Shown piece after piece: positions 35,281 to 48,130 of a DNA stretch of 64,000 nt. The position numbers were made by a program, and so were the translations under genes. Position 1 is the stretch's first letter. Each line of letters starts with the position of its first letter. A model generated the notes under the pieces. The model was not told the origin of the DNA and searched no databases. It worked only from the letters and a program-made list of their open reading frames with translations. Location: contig NC_052152.1 in assembly GCF_902713615.1 (NCBI RefSeq), positions 65,630,818-65,694,817 on the forward strand, in the 5' to 3' direction. The stretch comes from Scyliorhinus canicula. Lineage: Eukaryota.

Positions 35281-36364
35281 ATGTCTGCCCCACCCCATAG
35301 CCTCGGCAACAGGATCACACACTGTTTAAATCTGCCTCTCCCCATTGCCTCTGCTGCAGGATCACACACTGTTTAAATCTGCCTCTCCCCATAGCCTCTC
35401 CTACAGGATCACACACTGTTTAAATCTGCCTCTCCCCATAGCCTCTCCTACAGGATCACACACTGTCTGCCTCTCCCCATTGCGTCTGCTACAGGATCTC
35501 ACACTGTTTAAATCTGCCTCTCCCCATAGCCTCTGCTGCAGGATCACACACTGTTTAAATCTGCCTCTCCCCATTGCCTCTGCTGCAGGATCACACACTG
35601 TTTTAAATCTGCCTCTCCCCATAGCCTCTCCTACAGGATCACACACTGTCTGCCTCACCCCATTGCGTCTGCTACAGGATCACACACTGTTTAAATCTGC
35701 CTCTCCCCATAGCCTCTGCTGCAGGATCACACACTGTTTAAACCTGCCCCTCCCCATTGCCTCTGCTACAGGATGTCACACACTTTAAACCTGTCCCTCC
35801 CCATAGCCCTGCTACAGGATCACACACTGTTTAAAACTGCCCCACCCCATTGCCTCTGCTACAGGATCACACATTATTTAAACCTGCCCCTCCCCATTGC
35901 CTAGGCTACAGGATCACACACTGTTTAAATCTGCCCCTCCCCATAGCCTCTGCTACAGAATCTCAGACAGTTTAATCTGCCCCTCCCCATAGCCTCGGCT
36001 ACAGGGTCACACACTGTTTAAATCTGCCCCTCCCCATAGCCTCTGCTACAGGATCACACACTGTTTAAATCTGCCCCACCCCATTGCCTCGGCTACAGGA
36101 TCACACACTGTTTAAACCTGCCTCTCCCCATAGCCTCTGCTACAGGATCACACACTGTTTAAACCTGCCTCTCCCCATAGCCTCTGCTACAGGATCACAC
36201 ACTGTTTAAATCTGCCTCTCCCCATTGCCTCTGCTACAGGATCACACACTGTTTAAACCTGCCTCTCCCCATTGCCTCTGCTACAGGATCACACACTGTT
36301 TAAACCTGCCTCTCCCCATTGCCTCTGCTACAGGATCACACACTGTTAAATCTGCCCCTCCCCG

Positions 36365-36651
36365 TGAGGTGATATGATTTGCATAGCTGTCTGCCATTGG
36401 TGCAGAACACCGGCTTACCATTGGCCCTGGTCGGTCATGTGCCTCTCGATTGATTGGTTGAGACTAGCCATGTGACAGCTCTCCGATTGGTCGAGAGGCT
36501 GAGTTAACCACGCCTCCATACCGAGGTATCAATAGTCGGAACGCCCGGCGGTCGTCCATTTTATTGCAGTCAACTGCAGGGCTAAGTTCTAGTTTATTAA
36601 AGCCTAACTTTTGTACAACAACTCGTCTCTCGTGCAATTGATGGCTCATCA
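36365..36651 (+). mobile_element. 287-bp solo LTR, copy 1, inside the array
   Basis: TG...CA ends, CCCCG on both sides (36360-36364, 36652-36656), ATTTGCAT octamer, several ATTGG boxes, ATTAAA. Confidence 0.85.
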
Positions 36652-36844
36652 CCCCGTTCCATCTGCTACAGGATAACACACTGTTTAAATCTGCCTCTCC
36701 CCATTGCCTCTGCTACAGGATCTCACACTGTTTAAATCTGCCTCTCCCCATTGCCTCTGCTACAGGATCACACACTGTTTAAATCTGCCCCTCCCCATTG
36801 CCTCTGCTACAGGATCACACACTGTTTAAATCTGCCCCTCCCCG

Positions 36845-37131
36845 TGTGGTGATATGATTTGCATAGCTGTCTGCCATTGGTGCAGAACACCGGCTTACCA
36901 TTGGCCCTGGTCGGTCATGAGCCTCTCGACCGATTGGTTGAGACCAGCCATGTGACAGCTCTCCGATTGGTCGAGAGGCTGAGTTAACCACGCCTCCATA
37001 CCGAGGTATAAATAGTCGGAACGCCCGGCGGTCATCCATTTTATTGTAGTCAACCGCAGGGCTAAGTTCTAGCTTATTAAAGCCTAACTTTTGAAAAGCA
37101 ACTCGTCTCTCGTGCAATTGATGGCTCATCA
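36845..37131 (+). mobile_element. 287-bp solo LTR, copy 2
   Basis: Near-identical to copy 1, same position within the repeat unit; TATAAATA box intact. Confidence 0.85.
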
Positions 37132-37795
37132 CCCTGTTCCATCTGCTACAGGATCACACACTGTTTAAACCTGCCTCTCCCCATTGCCTCTGCTACAGGA
37201 TCATACACTGTTTAAATCTGCCTCTCCCCATTGCCTCTGCTACAGGATCACACACTGTCTGCCTCTCCCCATTGCCTCTGCTACAGGATCTCACTCTGTT
37301 TAAACCTGCCTCTCCCCATTGCCTCTGCTACAGGATCTCACTCTGTTTAAACCTGCTCCACCCCATAGCCTCTGCTACAGTATCACACACTGTTTAAATC
37401 TGCCCCTCCCCATAGCCTCTGCTACAGAATCACACACAGTTTAAATCTGCCCCACCCCATAGCCTCTGCTACAGGATCACACACTGTTTAAATCTGCCTC
37501 TCCCCATTGCCTCTGCTACAGGATCACGCACTGTTTAAACTTTAAATCTACCCCACCCCATTGCCTCTGCTACAGGATCTCACACTGTTTAAATCTGCCT
37601 CTCCCCATAGCCTCTGCTACAGGATCACACACTGTTTATATCTGCCCCACCCCATTGCCTCTGCTACAGGATCACACACTGTTTAAACCTGCCTCTCCCC
37701 ATTGCCTCTGCTACAGGATCTCGCACTGTTTAAACCTGCCTCTCCCCATTGCCTCTGCTACAGGATCACACACTGTTTAAATCTGCCCCTCCCCG

Positions 37796-38082
37796 TGTGG
37801 TGATATGATTTGCATAGCTGTCTGCCATTGGTGCAGAACACCGGCTTACCATTGGCCCTGGTCGGACATGTGCCTCTCGACTGATTGGTTGAGACCAGCC
37901 ATGTGACAGCTCTCCGATTGGTCGAGAGGCTGAGTTAACCACGCCTCCATACCGAGGTATAAATAGTCGGAACGCCCGGCGGTCGTCCATTTTATTGCAG
38001 TCAACCGCAGGGTAAAGTTCTAGTTTATTAAAGCCTAACTTTTGTACAGCAACTCGTCTCTCGTGCAATTGATGGCTCATCA
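37796..38082 (+). mobile_element. 287-bp solo LTR, copy 3
   Basis: Same length, ends and flanks as copies 1-2. Confidence 0.85.
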
Positions 38083-38980
38083 CCCTGTTCCATCTGCTAC
38101 AGGATCTCACACTGTTTAAATCTGCCCCTCCCCATAGCCTCGGCTATAGGATCACACACTGTTTAAATCTGCCCCTCCCCATTGCCTCTGCTACAGGATC
38201 ACACACTGTTTAAATCTGCCCCTCCCCATTGCCTCTGCTACAGGATCACACACTGTTTAAATCTGCCTCTCCCCATAGCCTCTGCTGCAGGATCACACAC
38301 TGTTTAAATCTGCCCCACCCCATTGCCTCTGCTACAGGATCACACACTGTTTAAACCTGCCCCTCCCCATAGCCTCGGCTACAGGATCACACACTGTTTA
38401 AATCTGCCTCTCCCCATTGCCTCTGCTACAGGATCTCGCGCTGTTTAAATCTGCCCCTCCCCATTGCCTCTGCTACACAATCTCACTCTGTTTAAACCTG
38501 CCCCTCCCCATTGCCTCTACTACAGGATCACACACTGTTTAAACCTGCCCCTCCCCATTGCCTCTGCTACAGGATCACACACTCTTTAAACCTGCCCCTC
38601 CCCATTGCCGCTGCTACAGGATCTCACTCTGTTTAAACCTGCCCCTCCCCATAGCCTCTGCTACAGGATCACGCACTGTTTATATCTGCCCCACCCCATT
38701 GCCTCTGCTACAGGATCACACACTGTTTAAATCTGCCTCTCCCCATAGCCTCTGCTCCAGGATCACACACTGTTTAAATCTGCCTCTCCCCATTGCCTCT
38801 GCTACAGGATCACACACTGTTTAAATCTGCCCCTCCCCATTGCCTCTGCTACAGGATCACACACTGTTTAAATCTGCCTCTCCCCGTTGCCTCTGCTACA
38901 GGATCTCACACTGTTTAAATCTGCCTCTCCCCATAGCCTCTGTTACAGGATCACACACTGTTTAAATCTGCCCCTCCCCG

Positions 38981-39267
38981 TGTGGTGATATGATTTGCAT
39001 AGCTGTCTGCCATTGGTGCAGAACACCGGCTTACCATTGGCCCTGGTCGGACATGTGCCTCTCGACTGATTGGTTGAGACCAGCCATGTGACAGCTCTCC
39101 GATTGGTCGAGAGGCTGAGTTAACCACGCCTCCATACCGAGGTATAAATAGTCAGAACGCCTGGCGGTCGTCCATTTTATTGTAGTCAACCGCAGGGCAA
39201 AGTTCTAGCTTATTTATGCCTAACTTTTGTACAGCAACACGTCTCTCGTGCAATTGATGGCTCATCA
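38981..39267 (+). mobile_element. 287-bp solo LTR, copy 4
   Basis: Same length and ends, CCCCG on both sides. Confidence 0.85.
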
Positions 39268-39300
39268 CCCCGTTCCATCTGCTGCAGGATCACACACTGT

Positions 39301-39526
39301 TTTTTTAAATGAATTTAGATTACCCAATTATTTTTTCCAATTAAGGGGCAATTTAGTGTGGCCAATCCACCTACTCTGCACATTTTTGGGTTGTGGGGGT
39401 GAAACCCACGCAGACACGGGGAGAATGTGCAAACTCCACACGGACAATGACCCAGAGCCGGGATCGAACCTGGGACCTCAGCGCCGTGAGACGGTTGTGC
39501 TAACCACTAGGCCACCGTGCTGCCCT
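39301..39526 (-). mobile_element. SINE inserted in the array
   Basis: Reverse-complement SINE ending GTGCTGCCC; GGATCACACACTGT(TT) present on both sides (TSD-like). Confidence 0.85.
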
Positions 39527-40766
39527 TGGATCACACACTGTTTAAACCTGCCCCTCCCCATTGCCTCTGCTACAGGATCACGCACTGTTTAAATCTGCCC
39601 CTCCCCATTGCCTCTGCTACAGGATCTCACACTGTTTAAATCTGCCCCTCCCCATAGCCTCGGCTATAGGATCACACACTGTTTAAATCTGCCCCTCCCC
39701 ATTGCCTCTGCTACAGGATCACACACTGTCTGCCTCTCCCCATTGCCTCTGCTACAGGATCACACACTGTTTAAATCTGCCTCTCCCCATAGCCTCTGCT
39801 GCAGGATCACACACTGTTTAAACCTGCTACTCCCCATTGCCTTTGCTACAGCATCACACACTGTTGAAATCTGCCCCTCCCCATTGCCTCTGCTGCAGGA
39901 TCACACACTGTTTAAACCTGCCCCTCCCCATTGCCTTTGCTACAGGATCACACACTGTTTAAACCTGCTACTCCCCATTGCCTCTCTACAGGATCACACA
40001 CTGTTTAAACCTGCCCCACCCCATTGCCTCTGCTACACAATCTCACTCTGTTTAAACCTGCCCCTCCCCGTAGCCTCTGCTACAGGATCACACACTGTTT
40101 AAACCTGCCCCTCCCCATAGCCTCGGCTACAGGATCACACACTGTTTAAATCTGCCCCTCCCCATAGCCTCGGCTACAGGATCACACACTGTTTAAATCT
40201 GCCCCTCCCCATAGCCTCGGCTACAGGATCACACACTGTTTAAACCTGCCCCTCCCCATTGCCTCTGCTACAGGATCACACACTGTTTAAATCTGCCCCA
40301 CCCCATAGCCTCGGCTACAGGATCACACACTGTTTAAACCTGCCCCTCCCCATAGCCTCGGGTACAGGATCACACACTGTTTAAATCTGCCCCTCCCCAT
40401 TGCCTCTGCGACAGGATCACACACTGTTTAATGCTGCCCCTCCCCATTGCCTATGCTACAGGATCTCACACTGTTTAATATTTTACAGGACAAGAAGCTG
40501 AGGGACAGAGCTGGACTGAGATCTATCTTACCATAGGTCTCTTGTTCCCTATTGGTCACTTGTCATGGCAACTTAGTTCTTGGGGAGAATTGCATCTTCC
40601 GTGCTTCTTCTGCCCATTGAACATTTAACCAGTGTGCTGTTCTGAGGGGATAGGTCAGTGTTTGGCATATTCTACTCTTCTATCAAATGGTAGTGCTTCT
40701 AGTTGGGTCTTGCTGTAGATATTCTCTGTTAGAGCAGGGTAAGTCACTGTTAGAAGTGAAATATGA

Positions 40767-40952
40767 AAAAAAATGAAATGAAAATCGCTTATTGTCACGA
40801 GTAGGCTTCAAATGAAGTTACTGTGAAAAGCCCCTAGTCGCCACATTCCGGCGCCTGTTCGGGGAGGCTGTTACAGGAATCGAACCGTGCTGCTGGCTTG
40901 CCTTGGTCTGCTTTCAAAGCCAGCGATTAGCCCTGTGAGCTAAACAGCCCCT
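40767..40952 (-). mobile_element. Second tRNA-derived SINE family
   Basis: Reverse complement of GGGGCTGTTTAGCTCA...GGTTCGATTCC...GACAATAAGCGATTTTCATTTC; related copy at 47952. Confidence 0.8.
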
Positions 40953-41247
40953 ATGTGCCTTATGTTTTAGGATGTGCCGCTCCAGCCCAATATCAAACTG
41001 TGCAGTACGATAACAATCAGGCTCCCTTATGACCTGAGCTGAATGTTAAGGCTTTCACGTGCACCCTTGTGGTGGCATGAGACATACACTGGGGGCTTCC
41101 AGTAGTTAACAAAGGGGTTTATTGATGAAAGGCAAAGGTAGGTAAATAACAAGCACAGGTCAATATAGCAGGTCTAATCACTCTCGCTCCGGTGTCCATG
41201 CTATCCAGGATGCTGCTCCCAAGGCCCCGCACAAATACCCTATTGAA

Positions 41248-41590
41248 CATATAGAACATAGAACAGTACAGCACAGAACAGGCCCTTCGGCCCTCGATGT
41301 TGTGCCGAGCAATGATCACCCTACTCAAGCCAACGTATCCACCCTATACCAGTAACCCAACAATCCCCCCCCCCCATTAACCTTATTTTTTAGGACACTA
41401 AGGGCAATTTAGCATGGCCAATCCACCTAACCCGCACATCTTTGGACTGTGGGAGGAAACCGGAGTGACCGGAGGAAACCCACGCACACACGGGGAGGAC
41501 GTGCAGACTCCGCACAGACAGTGACCCAGCCGGGAATCGAACCTGGGACCCTGGAGCTGTGAAGCATTTATGCTAACCACCATGCTACCG
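41248..41590 (-). mobile_element. Full-length tRNA-derived SINE
   Basis: Reverse complement of the 16603-type SINE with AGAACAT tail. Confidence 0.9.
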
Positions 41591-41643
41591 TATTGGACGG
41601 GGTTCAGGTGCTTCCATGCAATTGGCCTCAATTTGGTCACGTG

Positions 41644-42263
41644 GGGCTGGATTCTCTAATCCCGCGGCAGAGTGTCCACGCCGTTGTAAAGGCCATCGTG
41701 TTTTATGATGACGTGATCGGGCCGACCGCACGACAAAATCTGGCCCCTACAGGGGGCCAGCACGGCACTGGGGTGGTTCCCGCTGCTCAAGCTGCTGATT
41801 CCAGCATAAACTGGGTGCCGCAGGATCTGTGCATGCGCAGTGGCGCCGGCGCCAACGTGCACATGCACAGTGGATTCCTTCAACGCACCGGCCCCAACGC
41901 AAATGATGCAGGACTACAGGGACTGGTGCGTTGGAAAGGAGGCCCCCCAGCCAGAGAGCCCGGCCCGCCGATCAGTGGGCCCCGATCGCGGGCCAGGCCA
42001 CATCGTATGCCCCCCCCAGGGCCTGACCCCCCCCCCACCCCCCACCCTTCCACGCCGAGGTGTGGACGGCGCCGGCGGGACTTGGCGTTTTCAGGACTGC
42101 CGCCCAGCCTATCCCAAGAATCGGTGGGCCAGCTGCGTAGGGTGGCCCGCGACTGGCACCGCGCCAACCATGCCGGCACCAATGACGGTAATGGCGGCGT
42201 GGCATGATTCGCGCTGGTCGCGGGGATTCTCCGGCCCGGCCCCGGGCTGAGAGAATCCCGCCC
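41644..42263. mobile_element. Harbinger-derived MITE with 3-bp TSD GTG
   Basis: TIRs GGGCTGGATTCTCT / AGAGAATCCCGCCC; GTG at 41641-41643 and 42264-42266. Confidence 0.85.
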
Positions 42264-43994
42264 GTGGTTCGTTGAGCCTGCTCCCTTAAAGGGACCGCAC
42301 TACCACAATTCCCACGCACACTTTTCCAATATTTTTGAAGTTGGACTGCAATAACACTTGCGAAGAAACACTCAACTACAGATTGTTAAAATGTTTTATT
42401 TCATTGACTGGAAAAAATAACACGAATAAAAATTGTTCCATTTGGATTCATTTGTTTTAATCAGTCCACGTTCGTTTTCATAAAAATATGTCGGGTAACA
42501 GGATAACATAGCCCTGAAGGAGGCCATTCAGTCCATCTCCACTGCACTGGTTCTTTGAAAGAACAATGCAACTTGTTTTGCTCCCCTGCTCTATGTCCAT
42601 AACCCTTAAAAATATTTTCCATTTGATTATTAATCCAAGACCTTTGGAAAGTTAATACCGAATCTGCTTCCAATGGTATATGTTAACTGCTTTCAGGCAG
42701 TACATTCCAGATCATAACAACCCGTTATGTAGTTTAGCTTTCCCTCATGTCACCTCTGGTTCTTTTGCCGATAAATTTGCATTCTCTGGTTACCAAATTG
42801 CCACTGAAAATAATTTCTCCTTCTTTATTTTATCAAACACGTTGCATTAAAATGTAATAATATGTTTGGTGTCACCATGGTTCTTACCTTGTCTGCCCTC
42901 CCCAGATCTTTGGGCTTTTCCCACATTGTCCACGGTACTGCAGCTGAGAGAGCTGGATCTGTGTTACGGCCAACACCTTCAACATGTCACACAGGACATT
43001 TTTCAGAGGTTTTCTTCCACGGGCACCCAGCGGTGGTACTCTTCCTGCAATTTCTCTCAGAACATTTCACTTAAACTCTTTTCTGTGTCTTTCCAAGTGC
43101 TCTTCTCACTTCTTTGTGTTCACTGCCTGTCGCTGCACTTGAAGGCAGCTTGTAAAAGTGCAGTGAAATCTCACATCAGTGAGACATTGTGGCTACCTGA
43201 TATTTAAAAAAAACATTACTTACCTGCTGCTCCTCCACCTTTCTGTGGAAACCTTCAGGTATTCTATTGTTTAAAAAACAGTTGCACTTTTAATTTTTTA
43301 ATCTGGCTTTCCCAGCATCATATTCCTGCATTTTACAGGGTATTGCTCAGCCACCTCCACTGCTATGCAAATAAACTGACCCCAGTTTGGAGAGACAGTA
43401 AAACCAGTTCAGCATCACAACATTGGAGTAGAAACAATATTGTGGCATTGTTGAAAATGTAATGGCACAGAATGACCACCAGATGGTGGAAGAACCATAC
43501 TCTTCCTGTATCAGTCCTATTAATACCAGGTCACAAGATAGTTATAAATCAGAAGGGTATTAGTCCCTGATTATCCATCAACATCTCATTGTTACTGGCA
43601 CGGCTGCTGGTGTGGTGGAAGATGAACTAGATGGACTGGTCTCTTTTCAATCTAGCAGTTTCAATATTCCTTCAATGGAATATCAGAAAAACAGAATCTT
43701 TTGTTTTTGTTCCTTCATCATAAACACAATTCCCTTAACCAGTGACTACACCCCATTCATTGGCAGCTCATCAGGCTGAAGTAGACTGCAAAAACTCAGA
43801 TTCCCCTTTGACCAAAGCTGAACTTCAAACGTCATTATCTTATTCAACAAAATTGCCATTTTCCGCCTTTCCAACATATCCTGTTACAGTCCCACTGCAT
43901 CCCCACTGCGGTTGAAATGCTTATCTATATTGTCCTCAAGTTTAAATTCCGCTTCACTATTGTCACTGGCCTCCAAACCACCACACATTCCATT

Positions 43995-44330
43995 TTACTG
44001 AAACATCTGCTGTCCACCTGCTGCCCTTCAGTAAATCCCATTGACCCTCCAGAAGAGCACCCTACCCAGATCCATGCTCCCCATCCTATCCCCGTAGCCC
44101 AGTAACCCCACCTAACCATTAGGATACGAAGGGGAAATTTAAGCATGGCCAATCCACCTAACCTGCACACTTTTGGACTGTGGGCAGAAACTGAAGCACC
44201 CGGAGGAAGCCCACGCAGACACGGGGAGAATGTGCAGACTCCACACAGACAGTCACGCAAGGTTGGAATCGAGCCCCGGTCCCTGGGGCTGTGAAACAGC
44301 AGGGCTAACCACTGTGCCACCATGCCACCC
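43995..44330 (-). mobile_element. tRNA-derived SINE
   Basis: AAATTTAAGCATGGCCAATCCACC core and reverse-complement head ACCACTGTGCCACC. Confidence 0.8.
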
Positions 44331-45275
44331 CTTTCTCCAAGGTCTCTCATACCCTATTTCAGAAAACTCCCTCGCTCTCCAGTGGTATGTTTCTGGACTT
44401 TTAGCATCTCCTCCATCCTTCATTCCATTACAACTGGAGTAATCTACTTTGCAGAATTTACTTCTTATGTTCCTCTGCCTTGTTGCTTCTCTCTCCCGCA
44501 AATCAAGCTCTACGAAGTGTCTCCTCACTTCTCTCAACTCTTTAACAAAGGTTTGGTGCCCACGCCTGTCTTCCTTTCCGTACTGCCAGGGAACAATTTT
44601 CTATATCAAAGGTACTTCATGGCCAGAATTCTACGCTCCCTCTTGGCAGGTTCTGAGGCACGGTGGAGTGGGGGGCGGGGGGGGGGGGGGGGGGGGGGGG
44701 GTTGTAGTAGTGGAAAGTTGAATGTACGGGATTCTCCCTGGGATCCTGCCCACCCAACCCAGATGTAATTTCACGGTGGCACAGTGATAGATCTGTACCT
44801 GGTTAATATATCTTATGTGTCGCCGCACTATATAATCACTCGACAGAACATAAATTTGAGCTTCATGCGTGAAGTAAATTGTAGCTTTATTCAGTCCGTT
44901 TTAAAAGGTCTCTTGATCAGTTTGCTTGCAAATACAGAGTTTTAAAAAAGTTTGTTTTGTCCAAGCAAACACAGATGACTGAGTTGAATTCAATACAAAT
45001 TACAGTTCTTGATGATTTCTTCAAATCAAAATACACAATACAGAGAAGTTGGATATAAACAAAATGGCAGCTTTCAGAGCAAAAGCACAGGAAATAGTTA
45101 AAGAAATGAAGTAAAATGATTCCGCAATGAATTGTTCAAAACTGGCAATTCAATAGGCGTAGTAATGAGAAGCGGTGCCAGATTCACTGGTTTCGTGATT
45201 GACACTCAGGAGGCTGACAAGCTGCAGCCGGAAATACACACTTCACTGCCCACACACACCATCCCCGTCAACAAG

Positions 45276-46215
45276 ATGGCAGCGAGGAGAGCAGCCTCAT
45301 GGTTCGCGGACACAGAGCTGGAGACCCTCCTGGACGGGGTGGAGGAGAGGCGAGTGACACTGTACCCCGACCCAGGAAGGAGACTGCCACCTGCCGTCTT
45401 TCGCTGTGCCTGGGCGCAGGTGGCTGGGGCAGTCAGCGCCACGAGCAACACCATCTGGACCAGCCTGCAGTGCAGAAAAAAACTGCACAACCTTCTCAGG
45501 GTGGCCAGGGTGAGTAAGCAGCACTGAGCCCCTGGCACCAACCCCTGTCCCACACATCCGTAACCCAACCCTGCCCCCCTTCCCACCTGGAGGGTGGCCG
45601 AACCCCCATCCTGCACCACTGGATGCCATGGCCGGGTATCCTGGTGACTGAAGCCACCAACTATCGATTCCCTGGCTTGCATGCGTCGGATTGTCTAACA
45701 CTGTCATTTTCTGTTTCCCCACCACCACCACCACAGAAGAAGGCTGTGCACAACTGCCGCGGGAGAAGACAGGAGGGGGACTGCCAGACCTGTGGCTCCT
45801 CACCATGGCAGAACAGAGGGCCCTGGACATGGACAGCGGCCAAGAGGAAAGGGAGGTCACCGAGGTGGAGTTCGGTCTAGGGTGAGGAAGTGAGACCCCG
45901 CGCACTTACAGTTACGCATGACATGCGTGCCAACCCCCACACCACCCTCACCTACCACACTACCCTCATCCCCACACCGCCCTCATCCTACACCACCTCC
46001 ACCCCCAGCCACACATCCACCCCCAATTACCAACGGCCCGCAGTCTAATCATACGTCTTGTCTTGTGTTACAGGGCCTGCTGGAGATGGGACACGTCCAT
46101 CTGGCATCCCCTGGCCCCCAGCCAGTGTCACAGCTGGAGGCCCCCCACCATGTGCTGAGCAGCGATGGGAGCATCTCAGAAGCCAGCCCTCCACCCGTGA
46201 CCCAGGAGACCTAGA
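45276..46215 (+). pseudogene. Harbinger Myb/SANT-like gene, three exons (45276-45509, 45737-45889, 46074-about 46215)
   Basis: MAARRAASWFADTELETLLDGVEERRVTLYP...WAQVAGAVS...QCRKKLHNLLRVAR; GTGAGT/CAG introns; frameshift in exon 2. Confidence 0.75.
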
Positions 46216-46940
46216 GCTCAGGTCAGAGGTGCTTGGCGTCTTGAATATGTCAGGAATCATTGAGTGTGCCAGGATGAAGGTATCGTGCACACTGCCCGGA
46301 TATTGGTGCAGACGTGTATGATGCGCAGCTGATGGTCACATGTCAGCTGCACGTTCATCGAATGGAGCCCCTTTCGGTTTGTGTATAGCAGCCTGTCATA
46401 CGCTGATGCTTGTAGGGGCACCGAGACCCCCCTTGACCCGGGCCATCCCGGCGATGGCAGTGAACCCCGCTGCCCGGGCATCCTGTTGGGCTCGGTCCAC
46501 ATTGGAATGGATGTATTGTGCCGCCCAGGCATACAGGGCCTCCATGACAGCGCGGGTGCAATAGTGCACCAAGGTCAGTGAGATCCCGAACAGGTCCCCA
46601 CTCGGCACCTGGAAGGAACTGGCCGCATAAATGTCCAGGGCAACCGTCACCTTGATGGCCATCAGGAGCGGGTGTCCTCCCTCATACCCCTACAGTGCCA
46701 GGTGTGTCACCATCTGGCAGATATGTTGCACTGTCGCCCTGCCTAGCCGGAGTCTTCGACGGAAACCCGGTCCGGCAGATCCTCGAATGATAGGCGGTTC
46801 CAGTACACACGAGGCCTCATGCGGTGCCTCCTTGGCCCCCCCTTCACCTTGGCCTGTTGGGTGGCTGACTCCTCCTCCAGCTCGCACAGCCGCAGGGCAT
46901 CCCCCTGGGCTGCGGTGATTGGCACGAAGGCCATCATTGC
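46216..46940 (-). pseudogene. Harbinger DDE transposase (HARBI1-like) remnant
   Basis: MAIKVTVALDIYAASSFQ..GDLFGIS, GFTAIAGM, NRKGLHSMNVQLTCDH; frameshifted. Confidence 0.8.
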
Positions 46941-47951
46941 TGGTTGAATTCCAATATCCATTGATTGCAGGGGGGTGAAAGGTTGACATGTTAGCATAGT
47001 TCATACCACAGTGCTCAACTAGGTCCAACAGGCTACACGGTGGCCCCGGTTGGCACCGCAGGCTTACCCCTGCATGTCCCTCCCCCTCCCATCCTTGCAC
47101 TCCTGACCCGTTGTTGCCCGGCTCTGTGGCGGCCTCTGGCCCTCGCATCCATCACTGATGCCAGAGGTACCATCGGCTGGCACTGTCCTCACCAAAGGGG
47201 TATGCACTGTCGGAGCTACCATGTTGCCCTGGGTGAGCCGCCGGTGGGTGGGTGGTGGGGGTGGATGCTGGAGGTGCGGGGATGGGGGCTGGGAGGGCCA
47301 GTGCCACTCTACAGAACCAGACACCAAGGTGGACAGTCAGTGGGGTGCGCAGCACGATGGCCATGTTAATGGCGGGCCGTGCCTGGGCACCGCCCCAGAC
47401 CCGTGGGGGGGGTTCATTCTGGTCATCGGCCTGTTTCCCCCATCACCATTCCTCCTCCCCTGGCCTTGCCAGTGCAACCCCGCACCACAGCCAGCCGGGC
47501 CAGTGCCTGGCCTGGAAACCCACAGTCGCTCCTCTCTGTGTCCTTTCTACTCTCTCACTCCTTCATCAGCCACAACACCAATTTAACGATGGCTAAAAGC
47601 ACAGGTGAACAGCGCAATCGGGAACTAGACCCATCGGAGAAGGAGAATCGCGGGTGCCCAGGAGAAACCGGGTCGGGCCCGTTAATGATATGCAAATGGT
47701 ATTTACTGTACGTACGTTCCAGTACGCATTGTCACCGGTGTCGAGGTGACAGAGAATTGCGATTTGGCGTGAAATCGGCGGCCGCTGCGTCAGAACTGAT
47801 TCTCCAGCCAATTGCTTTTCGCATTTTCAGAGTCGGCCAGTGGCGAATCCCGCCCATATCTGTCTTACTGAGTTCTCCTGTGCCTCAACGTCTGTACCCC
47901 TCTGTTTGTGGTTGCATTACTAAGCTGCGTGTTTCTCAGCAGCGCACTATT

Positions 47952-48130
47952 TGGGGCTGGTTTAGCACACGGGGTTAAATCGCTGGCTTGTAATGCAGAA
48001 CAAGGACAGCAGCACGGGTTCAATCCCCGTACCGGCCTCCCCGAACAGGCGCCGGAATGTGGCGCCGGAATGTTTCATAGTAACTTCATTTGAATCCTAC
48101 TTGTGACAATAAGCGATTATTATTATTATT
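47952..48130 (+). mobile_element. Second-family SINE
   Basis: GGGGCTGGTTTAGCAC head, GGTTCAATCCC, (ATT)n tail. Confidence 0.8.

Larger units (their letters stand above)
35283..40478 (+). repeat. 47-bp tandem repeat array (about 5.2 kb)
   Basis: Unit GGATCACACACTGTTTAAA(T/C)CTGCC(T/C)CTCCCCAT(T/A)GCCTCTGCTACA; period 47 checked at 36191 and 36238. Confidence 0.97.
45180..47855. mobile_element. PIF/Harbinger transposon (Myb/SANT-like gene on +, transposase remnant on -)
   Basis: Right TIR GAATCCCGCCC at 47845-47855; both genes recognisable; left end uncertain (possibly 44621). Confidence 0.8.

Noticed and set aside
35345-40102. ORFs such as MPLLQDHTLFKSASPH
   Set aside because: Translations of the 47-bp repeat; the period is not a multiple of 3 and there is no exon structure
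35283-40478. CRISPR-like array
   Set aside because: The units are contiguous 47-bp monomers with no unique spacers, there are no cas genes, and the context is eukaryotic; the longer interruptions are copies of one LTR and a SINE
44671-44702. Long poly-G/poly-C runs (also 1399-1421, 1717-1734, 21952-21973, 23982-23999, 29677-29699)
   Set aside because: Homopolymers within or near TEs; lengths are prone to slippage and sequencing error, and no shared context suggests function
44764-45177. Solo LTR with apparent CCAGA TSD
   Set aside because: It starts TGTAA but does not end in CA and has no terminal inverted repeat; the 5-bp match may be chance
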